NCBI GenBank assembly: GCA_958295785.1
Contig: OY282377.1
Location: 2,880,385-2,944,384, forward strand
DNA from: an uncultured Latescibacterota bacterium
Lineage (GTDB): Bacteria; Latescibacterota; UBA2968
Length of the DNA stretch: 64,000 bases
Direction of reading: 5' to 3'
Shown: in pieces, positions 18,780 through 28,410 of the stretch
Numbering within the stretch: the stretch's first letter is position 1
Layout: each line of letters opens with the position of its first letter
Translations under genes and position numbers: made by a program
Notes under the pieces: generated by a model
Seen by the model: the letters and a program-made list of their open reading frames with translations, nothing else
Told to the model about the DNA's origin: nothing
The model's database searches: none

Positions 18780-20192
18780 ATGGTCGCACGCGAACACACC
18801 TTTAAGCAAAGCGTTGACCTCATGTTTGAACGGGCCGCGGCAACGCTCGATTTGCCCTCCGGATTGGCCGACCAAATCAAGGCCAACAACAACATTTATA
18901 TGGTGCGTTTTTTTGTCAAATGCCACGGCAGTTATCAGATTTTCACGGGCTGGCGGTCGGTTCACAGCGAGCATCGCCTGCCGGTAAAAGGCGGCATCCG
19001 CTTTGCCCCCACAGTCAATCAAGACGACGTGGAAGCACTCGCAGCCCTCATGACGTACAAATGCGCCATTGTCGATGTGCCCTTTGGCGGCTCCAAAGGC
19101 GGCTTGTGCATTGATCCACGCGAATACGACGAGGAGGATCTCGAACGCATTACCCGGCGGTTTGCACAAGAACTGATCAAAAAGGGATATATCAACCCCG
19201 CCCTCAATGTTCCGGCACCAGACATGGGAACCAGCGACCGAGAAATGGCTTGGATTGCCGACACCTATCGCAACATGCACCCCGAAGACATCAATGCCAT
19301 TGCTTGCACGACGGGCAAACCCTTTTCCCAAGGCGGGATTCAAGGGCGGCTCGAAGCGACCGGGCGGGGGGTTTTTTACGGGATCAAAGAATTTTTCAAT
19401 CACCCGCAAGACGTCAAAGACGCGGGTTTAGAAGGCAATTTGGAAGGCAAGCGCATCATTGTGCAGGGCTTGGGCAATGTGGGCTTTCACGCGGCAAAAT
19501 TTTTGGAAGAAGAAAGTGGGGCGCGCATCATCGGCATTATTGAACGCGATGGCGCGATCTTGTGCGAGAAGGGATTCTCCGTTGAAGATGTCGCAGCGTA
19601 CCGCGCAGAACGCGGTTTGGCGAAAGGCTTTCCGGGTGCGACTTATGTCGCAGATGGCAAACGCATCCTCGAAGAGGAATGCGATGTGCTGATTCCCGCC
19701 GCGGTTGAAGGTCAGATCACGCTCGAAAATGCACGGCGCGTCAAAGCCCCGGTGATTGCAGAAGCCGCCAATGGCCCGATCGCGTTTGAAGCCGATGACG
19801 TGCTGCGCCAAGCCGGCAAGGTCATCATCCCCGACGCCTACCTCAATGCGGGCGGCGTCACGGTTTCGTATTTTGAGTGGATCAAGAACCTCTCCCACAT
19901 CCGTTTTGGACGACTCGACAGGCGGCTCGAGGCGCACCGCGGCGTGCAAATCATCGACGCCATTGAAGAGATGGTCGGCAAACCCGTTCCCGACCATCTC
20001 AGATCAAAACTCTCCTACGGCGCAGATGAATTGGATTTGGTGCGTTCAGGACTCGAAGATACGATGAGCACGGCCTATCAAACCATGCGCGAAATTCGCA
20101 ATTCGCGCGACAATGTGCCGGATTTACGCACGGCTGCTTTTGTGATCGCCATTGAAAAAATCGCACAGGCGTATATTGAAATGGGGCTTTAG
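18780..20192 (+). CDS. Glu/Leu/Phe/Val dehydrogenase family (glutamate dehydrogenase-like)
   Basis: Signature KCAIVDVPFGGSKGG. NAD(P)-binding motif GLGNVG. Confidence 0.85.
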   Translation: MVAREHTFKQSVDLMFERAAATLDLPSGLADQIKANNNIYMVRFFVKCHGSYQIFTGWRSVHSEHRLPVKGGIRFAPTVNQDDVEALAALMTYKCAIVDVPFGGSKGGLCIDPREYDEEDLERITRRFAQELIKKGYINPALNVPAPDMGTSDREMAWIADTYRNMHPEDINAIACTTGKPFSQGGIQGRLEATGRGVFYGIKEFFNHPQDVKDAGLEGNLEGKRIIVQGLGNVGFHAAKFLEEESGARIIGIIERDGAILCEKGFSVEDVAAYRAERGLAKGFPGATYVADGKRILEEECDVLIPAAVEGQITLENARRVKAPVIAEAANGPIAFEADDVLRQAGKVIIPDAYLNAGGVTVSYFEWIKNLSHIRFGRLDRRLEAHRGVQIIDAIEEMVGKPVPDHLRSKLSYGADELDLVRSGLEDTMSTAYQTMREIRNSRDNVPDLRTAAFVIAIEKIAQAYIEMGL

Positions 20193-20214
20193 GAGAGACC
20201 CTTCCCGGCCGAGT

Positions 20215-20290
20215 GGCGAGGCCGCCGATTCGGGCGAGCACGGAGGCATCGCCCCTACGTTTCTATCCTCGCATCTTACCTCTGGAGCGC
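20215..20290 (+). repeat. short intergenic repeat module of the 'GGGCGAGCACGGAGGCATCGCCCCTACGTTTCTATCCTCGCATCT' family
   Basis: Near-identical copies at 26440-26500 (-), 54905-54970 (-) and 36225-36300 (+, variant), and a partial copy at 42400-42450. Three copies lie between convergent gene ends. Confidence 0.6.
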
Positions 20291-20962
20291 GTTATGAGCC
20301 GCGCAGACTATCGCATCGACGGCCCCATCAACGCTTAGCAAGCCGGTATTGACCATGAGGTGATACAGGTTTGGATCATCCCATTCCACCTTGTAGTGGC
20401 GTTTGATATACGTTTTGCGGCGATCATCCACTTCGCGCATGCGCCTTATCGCGTCTTCGTCACAGGTCAATTGGTCGCGCGTTTTCACCACATCGAGCTT
20501 AAAATTTTGCGTGCTCACCACGCGCACATGCAGCGCGTCCCGCCGGTCTTTTAACATGGCTTGCCCGCCTCTGCCCAGCAAAACCACATCGCCTTGATCC
20601 GCCAACTGCTCTGCCACTTCTGCGGTCAATTTCGCGTACACCTCTTCATCCATTGTGGTCAGGGCTTGATCCTTGTGCTCTGACAACTCGGTCACAGTGA
20701 CCGTTGCCCACCATTCGTATTCCGACAAGCCCGTCAATGTATCTGCGTATCCGGGGGTGAGAAATTTACGCAAAATTCTCAGCGCGGGGTGTTCGGGTTG
20801 TTCGTCATAGCGTTCAACCTCTGATACGGGGACTTTGGCTTTTCGCGCCACCTCGACGAGCAATTCTTTGTCGATATTGTGGTAAGACAGTGCCTCGGCA
20901 ACGCGCGTTGCAACCGTGCGACCGTCACTGCCGTATTCTCTTGAAATGGTGATAACGCCCAT
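20276..20962 (-). CDS. cytidylate kinase-like family protein
   Basis: N-terminal ITISREYGSDG motif, the hallmark of the Cytidylate_kin2 family. RBS AAGGAGA. Confidence 0.7.
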   Translation of the reverse strand: MGVITISREYGSDGRTVATRVAEALSYHNIDKELLVEVARKAKVPVSEVERYDEQPEHPALRILRKFLTPGYADTLTGLSEYEWWATVTVTELSEHKDQALTTMDEEVYAKLTAEVAEQLADQGDVVLLGRGGQAMLKDRRDALHVRVVSTQNFKLDVVKTRDQLTCDEDAIRRMREVDDRRKTYIKRHYKVEWDDPNLYHLMVNTGLLSVDGAVDAIVCAAHNALQR

Positions 20963-21124
20963 GGTGGTCTCCTTTCTGAGAATCAGCTATCAGTTCCCTC
21001 CGCAGATGTGCGATCCCATCCGCATCCCTAAGAGGCTGTCTTAAAACTAAAGATGACCCCTCCCCCGACCGGCCCCTCCCCATTGCTTTAACACAACTTC
21101 TAATTATCCGCTAGTTGCTAGTTG

Positions 21125-22312
21125 CTAACCGCTCATCGCTTGCTTTAATCGATCCGCTATCGGTTGAATCATGTCGTCGGACAGGCAAACGGGACTGAAG
21201 ATCAATATGCCGTCGTAGATGTCCGAGGTGCTGACGTGGATGCTCGGATCACCTTCCATCAATTGCCGCGCCAAATCCATCCCCATTTCCGCATGAGCAA
21301 GCGCGAGGCGAAGAACGGGGATGGCGCGATGGTGGTCAATGCGAATGTCGCACCCCGGCAAGTCGCGGATGGCGTCCGCCAAGTGCTCCATGCGTTGCAA
21401 CCAGCGGGCGTATCGCGTCTCGTCGCTTTCGGCAACGAATTTTTTCAGCGCGACCATCAGGCCCGCGATCTGCTCTTTCCCCACTTTGCACGGTCGCCCA
21501 ATCCCGTGCTGCGGCGCGCCCGGCAGAATGGCCTTGTGGATCAGCGCGGGCGGGGGCGTCCACAGGTCAAAATGCACATCCATGTCTAAATGCTGCAATG
21601 CCACTGCGGTAATCAATTCGCTGCGCCCGCACAAAATGCCCGTGCCCTGAGGCCCGCCAATGGTTTTCCCGCCGCTAAAACACACCGCATCGGCGCCCTC
21701 GCGGATAAACCGCTTCAAATTTGCCGCAGGGGGCAACTGACCCGCCGCATCGACGATGACCGGCACGCCGTGGTCGCGTGCTGCTGCGGTCACTTGCGAC
21801 AAAGGCGGTTGTGCGAAGGATTGGGCGACATAGACAATCGCCGCGGTCTGATCCGTGATGGCATCGGCGATTTCCCACGCCTCTGTATCGCGCACGCCCG
21901 CGCCGCTAAACCGATCCGAAATGCCCACTTCCACGAGTGTGATGCCCACCGAGCGCACCGCGTGATCGTAAAAATTGCGATGCGACCGGGGCATGATCAC
22001 CTCATTTTTCATGCCCGCGGTATCGGGCAATCGGTTCATCTTGCCCGGATCCATCTCTGTAACGCATGCCGCTGTTGCGAGCATCAGCCCCGCCGCCGCG
22101 CCCGATGTCACATACCCGGACTCGGCGCCTGTTATGCCGGCAATCAACTGACCTGCCGCGGCCTGCATCTGTGCAATATCCACGCAAACCCGTGCGGCCT
22201 CGCCCATCGCATCGATCACATCCGCGTCCATGCATGCGCCGCTCAAGCGCGTGACCGGCCCCGCGGCATTGATAATGGGACGCACGCCCAATTGTTCGAG
22301 AACAGATGCCAT
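21125..22312 (-). CDS. SelA/DgaE-like PLP-dependent enzyme (L-seryl-tRNA selenium transferase-related fold)
   Basis: CFSGGKTIGGPQGTGIL matches the SelA-family lysine motif FSGDKLLGGPQ. Start chosen at the ATG at 22312 behind RBS GGAGAAAAAT; the longer ORF reaching 22471 is unlikely. Confidence 0.6.
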   Translation of the reverse strand: MASVLEQLGVRPIINAAGPVTRLSGACMDADVIDAMGEAARVCVDIAQMQAAAGQLIAGITGAESGYVTSGAAAGLMLATAACVTEMDPGKMNRLPDTAGMKNEVIMPRSHRNFYDHAVRSVGITLVEVGISDRFSGAGVRDTEAWEIADAITDQTAAIVYVAQSFAQPPLSQVTAAARDHGVPVIVDAAGQLPPAANLKRFIREGADAVCFSGGKTIGGPQGTGILCGRSELITAVALQHLDMDVHFDLWTPPPALIHKAILPGAPQHGIGRPCKVGKEQIAGLMVALKKFVAESDETRYARWLQRMEHLADAIRDLPGCDIRIDHHRAIPVLRLALAHAEMGMDLARQLMEGDPSIHVSTSDIYDGILIFSPVCLSDDMIQPIADRLKQAMSG

Positions 22313-22507
22313 ATTTTTCTCCGTCAGTTTTATACATCCAATCAGAATACACGACAAAAACGCGCACAGGCGCAACACCAGATTACGGCACGCTAGCGCA
22401 GGTGCTACAACCATGTGCCGAGAGGGGTTAGTCAGGGTCAGTAGAGCGCGGCGAGTAATCCCGCCCCTCAACCGTTGCGATCTCCGATGAACTGGACTGA
22501 GAAACGG

Positions 22508-22780
22508 TTACTTGGACGTGTGCAACAAAATGGTCACTGTCGCGCCCAAAATGGCAATCAGGATAGTAAAGAGGATGCCGACAAGCCAACGAAACGATTT
22601 ATGCAGGTAGTCTTCAACCCTTGTAATGCGGTCTCCAACCCTTGTAATGCGGTCTTCAACCCTTGTAATGCGGTCTTCAACGCGCACAAGAGTTTGTGCT
22701 TGTTGTTCAACAATCGCTTCAAGCCTTGCCAGTCTCTCGTTGGTTGTGGCTTGTGACGGATCAATAATGGGAATAGGCAT
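22508..22780 (-). CDS. small membrane protein with coiled-coil repeats, XhlA-like (tandem RVEDRITRV repeats plus C-terminal TM helix)
   Basis: Three 24-bp nucleotide tandem repeats encode RVEDRITRVEDRITRVGDRITRVEDY. C-terminal hydrophobic helix LVGILFTILIAILGATVTILL. Confidence 0.5.
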   Translation of the reverse strand: MPIPIIDPSQATTNERLARLEAIVEQQAQTLVRVEDRITRVEDRITRVGDRITRVEDYLHKSFRWLVGILFTILIAILGATVTILLHTSK

Positions 22781-22973
22781 GGGGGCGCCTTTCGGATAAA
22801 GGGTTGGGGCCAGTTGTACACCGTTCTGTAGATTCGCACTGCTCGCCTTTCAATATGATCGTCCCCATGCCCGCTGTCAAGCGGAACCTCCCATTGCAAA
22901 TCCCTTGTTCACACAGGTGATATTTTTTACTTTGTGGCGATTCGCAACTCCCATTGATCAATTGAGGTGATAT

Positions 22974-23735
22974 ATGCAAATACTCGAAGCCACGCCAAAC
23001 CGCTTTCAAGGCATCGAATTGGACTCGGCAGCCCTGCCGTGCGACGCAGAGGAATTTCGCACGCGCTTGGTTGCGTCTTTGCGGGAATGGAAACGCGAAG
23101 CCTTTAAGGTCGTTTGGATCACCATTCCCATTGAACGCGCCGCGCTCATCCCGGTGGCAACCCAAGCGGGGTTTTCGTTTCACCATTCGGGATCGGACTA
23201 CCTCTTGCTCACCAAACGCCTCGAACCAGACGCGCTCATCCCGGAATACGCCACGCATTATATCGGCGCAGGCGGGGTCGCGATCAACAGCCGCGACGAA
23301 TTGCTGGTCGTCAGCGAATTGCACCGCCGTTCCGAATCGCCCTATTACAAATTGCCCGGCGGCGCGTTGCACCCCGGCGAACACATCGCAGACTGCGTGC
23401 GGCGCGAGGTTTTTGAAGAAACCGGCGTGCGGACCAAATTTGAAAAATTGGTCTGCTTCCGGCACTGGCACGGGTACCGCTACGACAAATCGGACATCTA
23501 TTTTGTCTGCCGTCTCTCGCCCTTGAGCGAAGACATTGCCATCCAAGCCGAAGAGATCGAAGAATGCCTCTGGCTGCCTATCGCAGAATATTTGTCCAGC
23601 GACAGCGTCAGCACGTTTAACAAACACATCGTCAAAGCCGCACTTGAAAGCCCGGGCGTGGTTCACACAGAGATCAAAGGCTATTCCGACCCCAAACGCC
23701 ACGAAATTTTCATGCCCAATGGCATGGAGGTATAA
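22974..23735 (+). CDS. NUDIX hydrolase with an N-terminal accessory domain
   Basis: Nudix box GGALHPGEHIADCVRREVFEETGV. Confidence 0.8.
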   Translation: MQILEATPNRFQGIELDSAALPCDAEEFRTRLVASLREWKREAFKVVWITIPIERAALIPVATQAGFSFHHSGSDYLLLTKRLEPDALIPEYATHYIGAGGVAINSRDELLVVSELHRRSESPYYKLPGGALHPGEHIADCVRREVFEETGVRTKFEKLVCFRHWHGYRYDKSDIYFVCRLSPLSEDIAIQAEEIEECLWLPIAEYLSSDSVSTFNKHIVKAALESPGVVHTEIKGYSDPKRHEIFMPNGMEV

Positions 23736-23757
23736 CACTCAAAAAATAGGACACCCC

Positions 23758-25245
23758 ATGGCGCATTCAAAACCCAACCTGCTCTACATCCACTCTGACC
23801 AGCACGACCCGCATGTCACGGGTTGCTATGGCGATGGGATCGTCGCAACGCCCCATCTCGACGGCCTTGCGGCAAATGGCGTTGTGTTTGAAAACTGCTA
23901 TTGCCCCTCGCCGATATGCGTGCCCTCGCGCATGTCCATGCTCTCTGGACGCTATCCCTTTGAAAACGCCGTGTGGACAAACGCGCACGCGCTGCATTCG
24001 GGCATTCCCACCTTTGCCCATGCAATGGGCGCGGGCGGCTATTCCCCGGTGCTCATCGGGCGCATGCACGCCAATGGGCCCGACCAGTTGCACGGGTATG
24101 CCCAACGCTTGGTGGGCGACCACGGGCCCAATCACATTGGCGGACGCGGCGTCAACCACGGGATGCTCTCGGGCACCGCAGGGCCTGCCCGCGTCAGCCT
24201 GCGAAAATCGGGGATCGGTCAAAGTGCCTATCAGGTACACGACGAAGATGTGACCGCGGGCACGGTGGCCTATCTCGACCAATTGGGCGTCAAAAAACGC
24301 GCCGGAAAACCGGCAGAGCCGTTCTCGCTGAGCGTGGGATTCATGCTGCCCCACCAGCCTTTTGTCGCGCGGCGGGCAGACTACGACCGCTACGACGGGC
24401 GCGTTCCCCCGCCTGCGGTCTCCGTTCCCTTTTCCGACGACCTGCATCCCCACATCAGATGCTGGCGCGACCACTGCGGCATCGCCCACGTCACAGACGC
24501 GGAAATCCAGCGCGCACGCACGGCTTATTGGGCACTGATCGACCGCATGGATCACATGATCGGGCAAATTCTCGCGGCCCTGCGCGAAAACGAGTTGATC
24601 GACAACACCCTCATCGTCTATATGTCGGATCACGGCGAACAGGCCGGCGAGCACGGCTTGTGGTGGAAGCAGACGTTTTACGAACATTCCGCCAAAGTGC
24701 CCGCCATCCTCTCGTGGCCCGGCCACTTGCCCAAGGGCAAACGCTTTGACCAGGTCATCTCGTCCCTCGACCTCAACGCCACGATGATCGACGCCCTCCA
24801 ATGCCCCGCGCTCCCGCATTCTCGCGGGCGATCCCTCTTGCCCCTCATGCGCGATGAGAGCGCGTCTTGGGACAATGTCGCCTTTTCCGAATTTTGCCAA
24901 GACCGCGCAGGGGGCGGCGGCCCTTTCCCATCTGAAGGCGTGTACCAGCGCATGATGCGCCAAGACGAATGGAAATTCAATTACTACCACAATCAGCCCT
25001 GTCAACTCTTCAATCTGCGAGAAGACCCCAACGAATTGCACGACCGCGCAACCGACCCCGCCTGCCAAAGCCCGATCAAAGACTTCACTGCCCGCATTCT
25101 CGACGGCTGGCACCCCGAAACCATTGCATCGCAACTGGCGGCCCAAAACCAGGACAATCGCATCCTCTCCGCATGGGCGCGCCACACCCAACCCGCAGAC
25201 ACCGTCCGCTGGGACTTGCGCCCGGAGATGGATTATCTGGAATAA
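23758..25245 (+). CDS. sulfatase (formylglycine-dependent arylsulfatase family)
   Basis: C-x-P-x-R signature CVPSRMSMLSGRYP. Motifs LLYIHSDQHD and IVYMSDHGE. Confidence 0.85.
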   Translation: MAHSKPNLLYIHSDQHDPHVTGCYGDGIVATPHLDGLAANGVVFENCYCPSPICVPSRMSMLSGRYPFENAVWTNAHALHSGIPTFAHAMGAGGYSPVLIGRMHANGPDQLHGYAQRLVGDHGPNHIGGRGVNHGMLSGTAGPARVSLRKSGIGQSAYQVHDEDVTAGTVAYLDQLGVKKRAGKPAEPFSLSVGFMLPHQPFVARRADYDRYDGRVPPPAVSVPFSDDLHPHIRCWRDHCGIAHVTDAEIQRARTAYWALIDRMDHMIGQILAALRENELIDNTLIVYMSDHGEQAGEHGLWWKQTFYEHSAKVPAILSWPGHLPKGKRFDQVISSLDLNATMIDALQCPALPHSRGRSLLPLMRDESASWDNVAFSEFCQDRAGGGGPFPSEGVYQRMMRQDEWKFNYYHNQPCQLFNLREDPNELHDRATDPACQSPIKDFTARILDGWHPETIASQLAAQNQDNRILSAWARHTQPADTVRWDLRPEMDYLE

Positions 25246-25275
25246 GCATGCACGGGAGAAATTGACAAAAGAAGA

Positions 25276-26448
25276 ATGTCGAGATTGGGGGTTGTAATCG
25301 CTTCCTCAAAACTGACCAGACTCGATGTGGCATCGTGGGGCGGGTTTATGGTATTTGCCACCAGCGGGGTGGTGACGCCGATATGCCTGCCCGAAATCGC
25401 CAAAACCCTGTCGATTTCCCTCTCTGAAAGCGGGGGCCTGGAAACGGTGCGCCTGTCTCTCCTGCTCGTCGTCTTGATTTTATCCGGCATTCTCGCGCGC
25501 ACATGGGGGAAAAAACACCTCTTGACATGGGGGCAATACCTCACCGCCCTTGGCCTGCTGATGGTCAGCTATGCCGACACCTATTCCGCGTTGCTCCTGG
25601 CGCTCATGGTCGTGGGCATTGGCGGCGGATTCCTCGAAGCCCTCATCAATCCCCTGGTCGTCGACCTCCATCCCAAAAATCCGGGCAAATACCTCAACAT
25701 CACCAATGCCTTTTATCCCATTGGCGTCATGATCTCCGCGCTCCTTTTTGGCGAACTCTTAACCCTCGGCCATTCATGGCGGGTCGCGTTTCGCATTGCA
25801 GCAGCGGGCGCGTTTGCGATGGGAATATGGTTTCACCTGTCGCGTTTTCCCGCGCCTTCAGCGGATCAGCGGTCGTCCATCCGCTTGATCGCGCAAATTC
25901 TCAAAATCCCCAAATTCTGGTTCTTTGCCATTGCCCTGTTTTTGGGCGCGGGCGTTGAAGCTGCATTCACCTTCTGGAGCCGCAGTTATGTGGAAGTCTA
26001 TCTGCGCGATATGCCGCGCGCCGGTGCTATCGCAGTCGTCGTTTTCGCGGGCACCATGGCCATCGGACGCTTGCTTTCTGCAAAATTGGCCCACGAGATG
26101 AGCCAGCAAACACTGATGATCTGTTCGGCCATTCTCGGCGTCGCGATCAGCAGCGGCATTCCCTTTTCTGAAAGCCTGATCGGATTTTACGCGCTGCTCG
26201 TTTTCGCCGGGTTTGCCGCCGCCTGCTTCTGGCCTACCATCCTCGCCGAAGCCGCGGACCGCCTGCCCGTTGACGCGACCATGTTGCTTGTCATGCTCGC
26301 GTGTTTTGGCATTGCTGGATTTGGCATTACCCCGTGGATAATGGGCCTCATCGGAGACAGCGCCGGCCTCAAAGCGGGTTTTGCACTCATTCCCGGTCTT
26401 TTCATCGGCTTGATCGTGGTTCTTGCTATGGCGGGACGAAAAACGTAA
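25276..26448 (+). CDS. MFS transporter
   Basis: About 12 predicted TM helices with two-fold pseudo-symmetry, MFS-like loop motifs. Directly downstream of the sulfatase gene. Confidence 0.7.
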   Translation: MSRLGVVIASSKLTRLDVASWGGFMVFATSGVVTPICLPEIAKTLSISLSESGGLETVRLSLLLVVLILSGILARTWGKKHLLTWGQYLTALGLLMVSYADTYSALLLALMVVGIGGGFLEALINPLVVDLHPKNPGKYLNITNAFYPIGVMISALLFGELLTLGHSWRVAFRIAAAGAFAMGIWFHLSRFPAPSADQRSSIRLIAQILKIPKFWFFAIALFLGAGVEAAFTFWSRSYVEVYLRDMPRAGAIAVVVFAGTMAIGRLLSAKLAHEMSQQTLMICSAILGVAISSGIPFSESLIGFYALLVFAGFAAACFWPTILAEAADRLPVDATMLLVMLACFGIAGFGITPWIMGLIGDSAGLKAGFALIPGLFIGLIVVLAMAGRKT

Positions 26449-26724
26449 GACGTAAGATGCGAGGATAGAAACGTAGGGGCGATGCCCCCGTGCTCGCCCA
26501 AAGATACAAGACGGAAGACGCCCTTTTCTCAATCCCACCGTTTTTCCTCACGCCAGCACGACCACAAAAAGCCCAGCCTCGAATAGAGACCGGGCTTTTG
26601 CTTTTGTGTATTCTTACGTCGTCATCCAGTGACTTTTCCCTCCGCCTCGACATCCCAAGCGGTCAGCGATCAGCAAAACGAGCAATCAGCGGTGGATGGG
26701 CGGGGACTGATAGCCGAAAGCATC

Positions 26725-27444
26725 TTACGCCTTCCCCAAAACATTGCGTTGAATTTGAGAGATCTCGGCGATGCCTTGTTGGGCGAGGGCGATCAAGTGG
26801 TGCATCTGATCAAAGGTGAAGGGATGGCCTTCGGCTGTGCCTTGCACTTCGACAAAGTTGCCCTGACCGGTCATGACAATGTTCATATCGACTGCGGCGG
26901 TTGCGTCTTCGGCATAGCACAGGTCGAGCATGGGGGTGTTGTCGATGATGCCCACGCTGACTGCGGCAACCGAATCCCCGAGAGGGTCTTCGGTGATCGC
27001 GCCTTCATTTTTCAGCCGGTTGATGGCATCGACCACCGCGACATAAGCCCCTGAAATAGAGGCCGTGCGGGTGCCGGCGTCGGCTTGTAGCACATCGCAG
27101 TCAATCCACAGGGTGCGCGTGCCGAGTTTTTCGAGGTCGATCACAGCGCGCAGGGCGCGACCAATCAGGCGTTGGATTTCTTGGGTTCGGCCCTTGGTGC
27201 CGTTTGTTTCGCGCTGGCTACGCGTGTGGGTTGCACGGGGTAGCATGGCGTATTCCGCTGTGATCCAACCCGTGCCTTTGCCCGAGAGGAAACGGGGGAC
27301 GCGGTTTTCAAAACTCGCGGTGCAGATAACGTGCGTGTCGCCCATTTTGATTAAGGCAGATCCCTCGGCGTGTTTCATAAATCCGCGTTCAATGCTCACG
27401 GGCCGCAATTGATCGGCGCGGCGACCATCAATGCGCTGGTTCAT
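26725..27444 (-). CDS. rph: ribonuclease PH
   Basis: [22 protein letters not shown]...[18 protein letters not shown] is classic RNase PH sequence. Confidence 0.9.
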   Translation of the reverse strand: MNQRIDGRRADQLRPVSIERGFMKHAEGSALIKMGDTHVICTASFENRVPRFLSGKGTGWITAEYAMLPRATHTRSQRETNGTKGRTQEIQRLIGRALRAVIDLEKLGTRTLWIDCDVLQADAGTRTASISGAYVAVVDAINRLKNEGAITEDPLGDSVAAVSVGIIDNTPMLDLCYAEDATAAVDMNIVMTGQGNFVEVQGTAEGHPFTFDQMHHLIALAQQGIAEISQIQRNVLGKA

Positions 27445-27490
27445 GAATGCTCCTTTCTGTCGGGCGGTATAGAGGTCGATAAGGGCGTTA

Positions 27491-28333
27491 TTACTTCAGA
27501 TAAATCCGCTCCGCGTTTTTGTGAAAGAGTTTTTCGCGCTCTGCCGCGTCGGCATGGGCGACGATTTCGCGCGCTATTCGCGCCCATGTTTTGAGATCGG
27601 ATCGCGTGTTGCAAACCGGCCAGTCGCTACCCCACACCACGCGATGCCAGCCGAAACTTTCGAGGCAGTGTTCAACATAAGGGCGAACCGCTTCAAGGGT
27701 GGCATTGCCCGGCGCGCAATAGGCCAGCACGCCAGAGATTTTGCACGCGACATTGGGAAGCGCGGCCAGTTGCGCGATCAGATCGCGCCAGGGATCCAGT
27801 GCGTTATTTGCAATATCGGGAACGCCGCAGTGGTCGAGGACGAATTGGACATTGGGGCACTTTCGCGCCAATGCGCGGGCAATGGGCAGTTGGCGGGCGA
27901 GGAAGCAGAGGTCAAAAGTGAGGTTGAATTTTTCGAGTAGGCGGATGTTTGCGGCAAAGTGATCCGATTGGGAGAGGGCGTCTGGCATGGTGTGCAAGAT
28001 GCGGCGGAGGCCGACGAGTTTGGGATGCTGGATGGATTCGAGATAGGCTTCAAATCCAACGGGGTTTTCGGGACGGCAGTTGGCGATGATGCCTTCGATG
28101 ATCGCATCGGGCTGTTCGGACAATTCGCAGACAAACCGGGTTTCGTCCCGCCAGTGGGGATCATCGGGCGAGGCTTCCATGAAAATGGTGCGCGCAATGC
28201 CACAACCTTCTGCGGCGACCAAATAATCCTCGATATGGAAGACATTGCCCTCGAGCGGCGCGAGCCCATCCGTCCAGGAATAGGGGTACTTGCGCGGATA
28301 GATCAGGTGTTGATGCGTGTCTAAAATGGGCAT
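27491..28333 (-). CDS. amidohydrolase-2 family metal-dependent hydrolase (TIM barrel)
   Basis: N-terminal [10 protein letters not shown] metal-binding motif. RBS GAGGAGA before the ATG at 28333. Confidence 0.7.
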   Translation of the reverse strand: MPILDTHQHLIYPRKYPYSWTDGLAPLEGNVFHIEDYLVAAEGCGIARTIFMEASPDDPHWRDETRFVCELSEQPDAIIEGIIANCRPENPVGFEAYLESIQHPKLVGLRRILHTMPDALSQSDHFAANIRLLEKFNLTFDLCFLARQLPIARALARKCPNVQFVLDHCGVPDIANNALDPWRDLIAQLAALPNVACKISGVLAYCAPGNATLEAVRPYVEHCLESFGWHRVVWGSDWPVCNTRSDLKTWARIAREIVAHADAAEREKLFHKNAERIYLK

Positions 28334-28410
28334 GGGGTCTCCTCGGTGAATCGGTGGCGGACTCGATGTATTTCCCACCTTTGACAGAGCCTTGCCGTTT
28401 TACTGCTGGA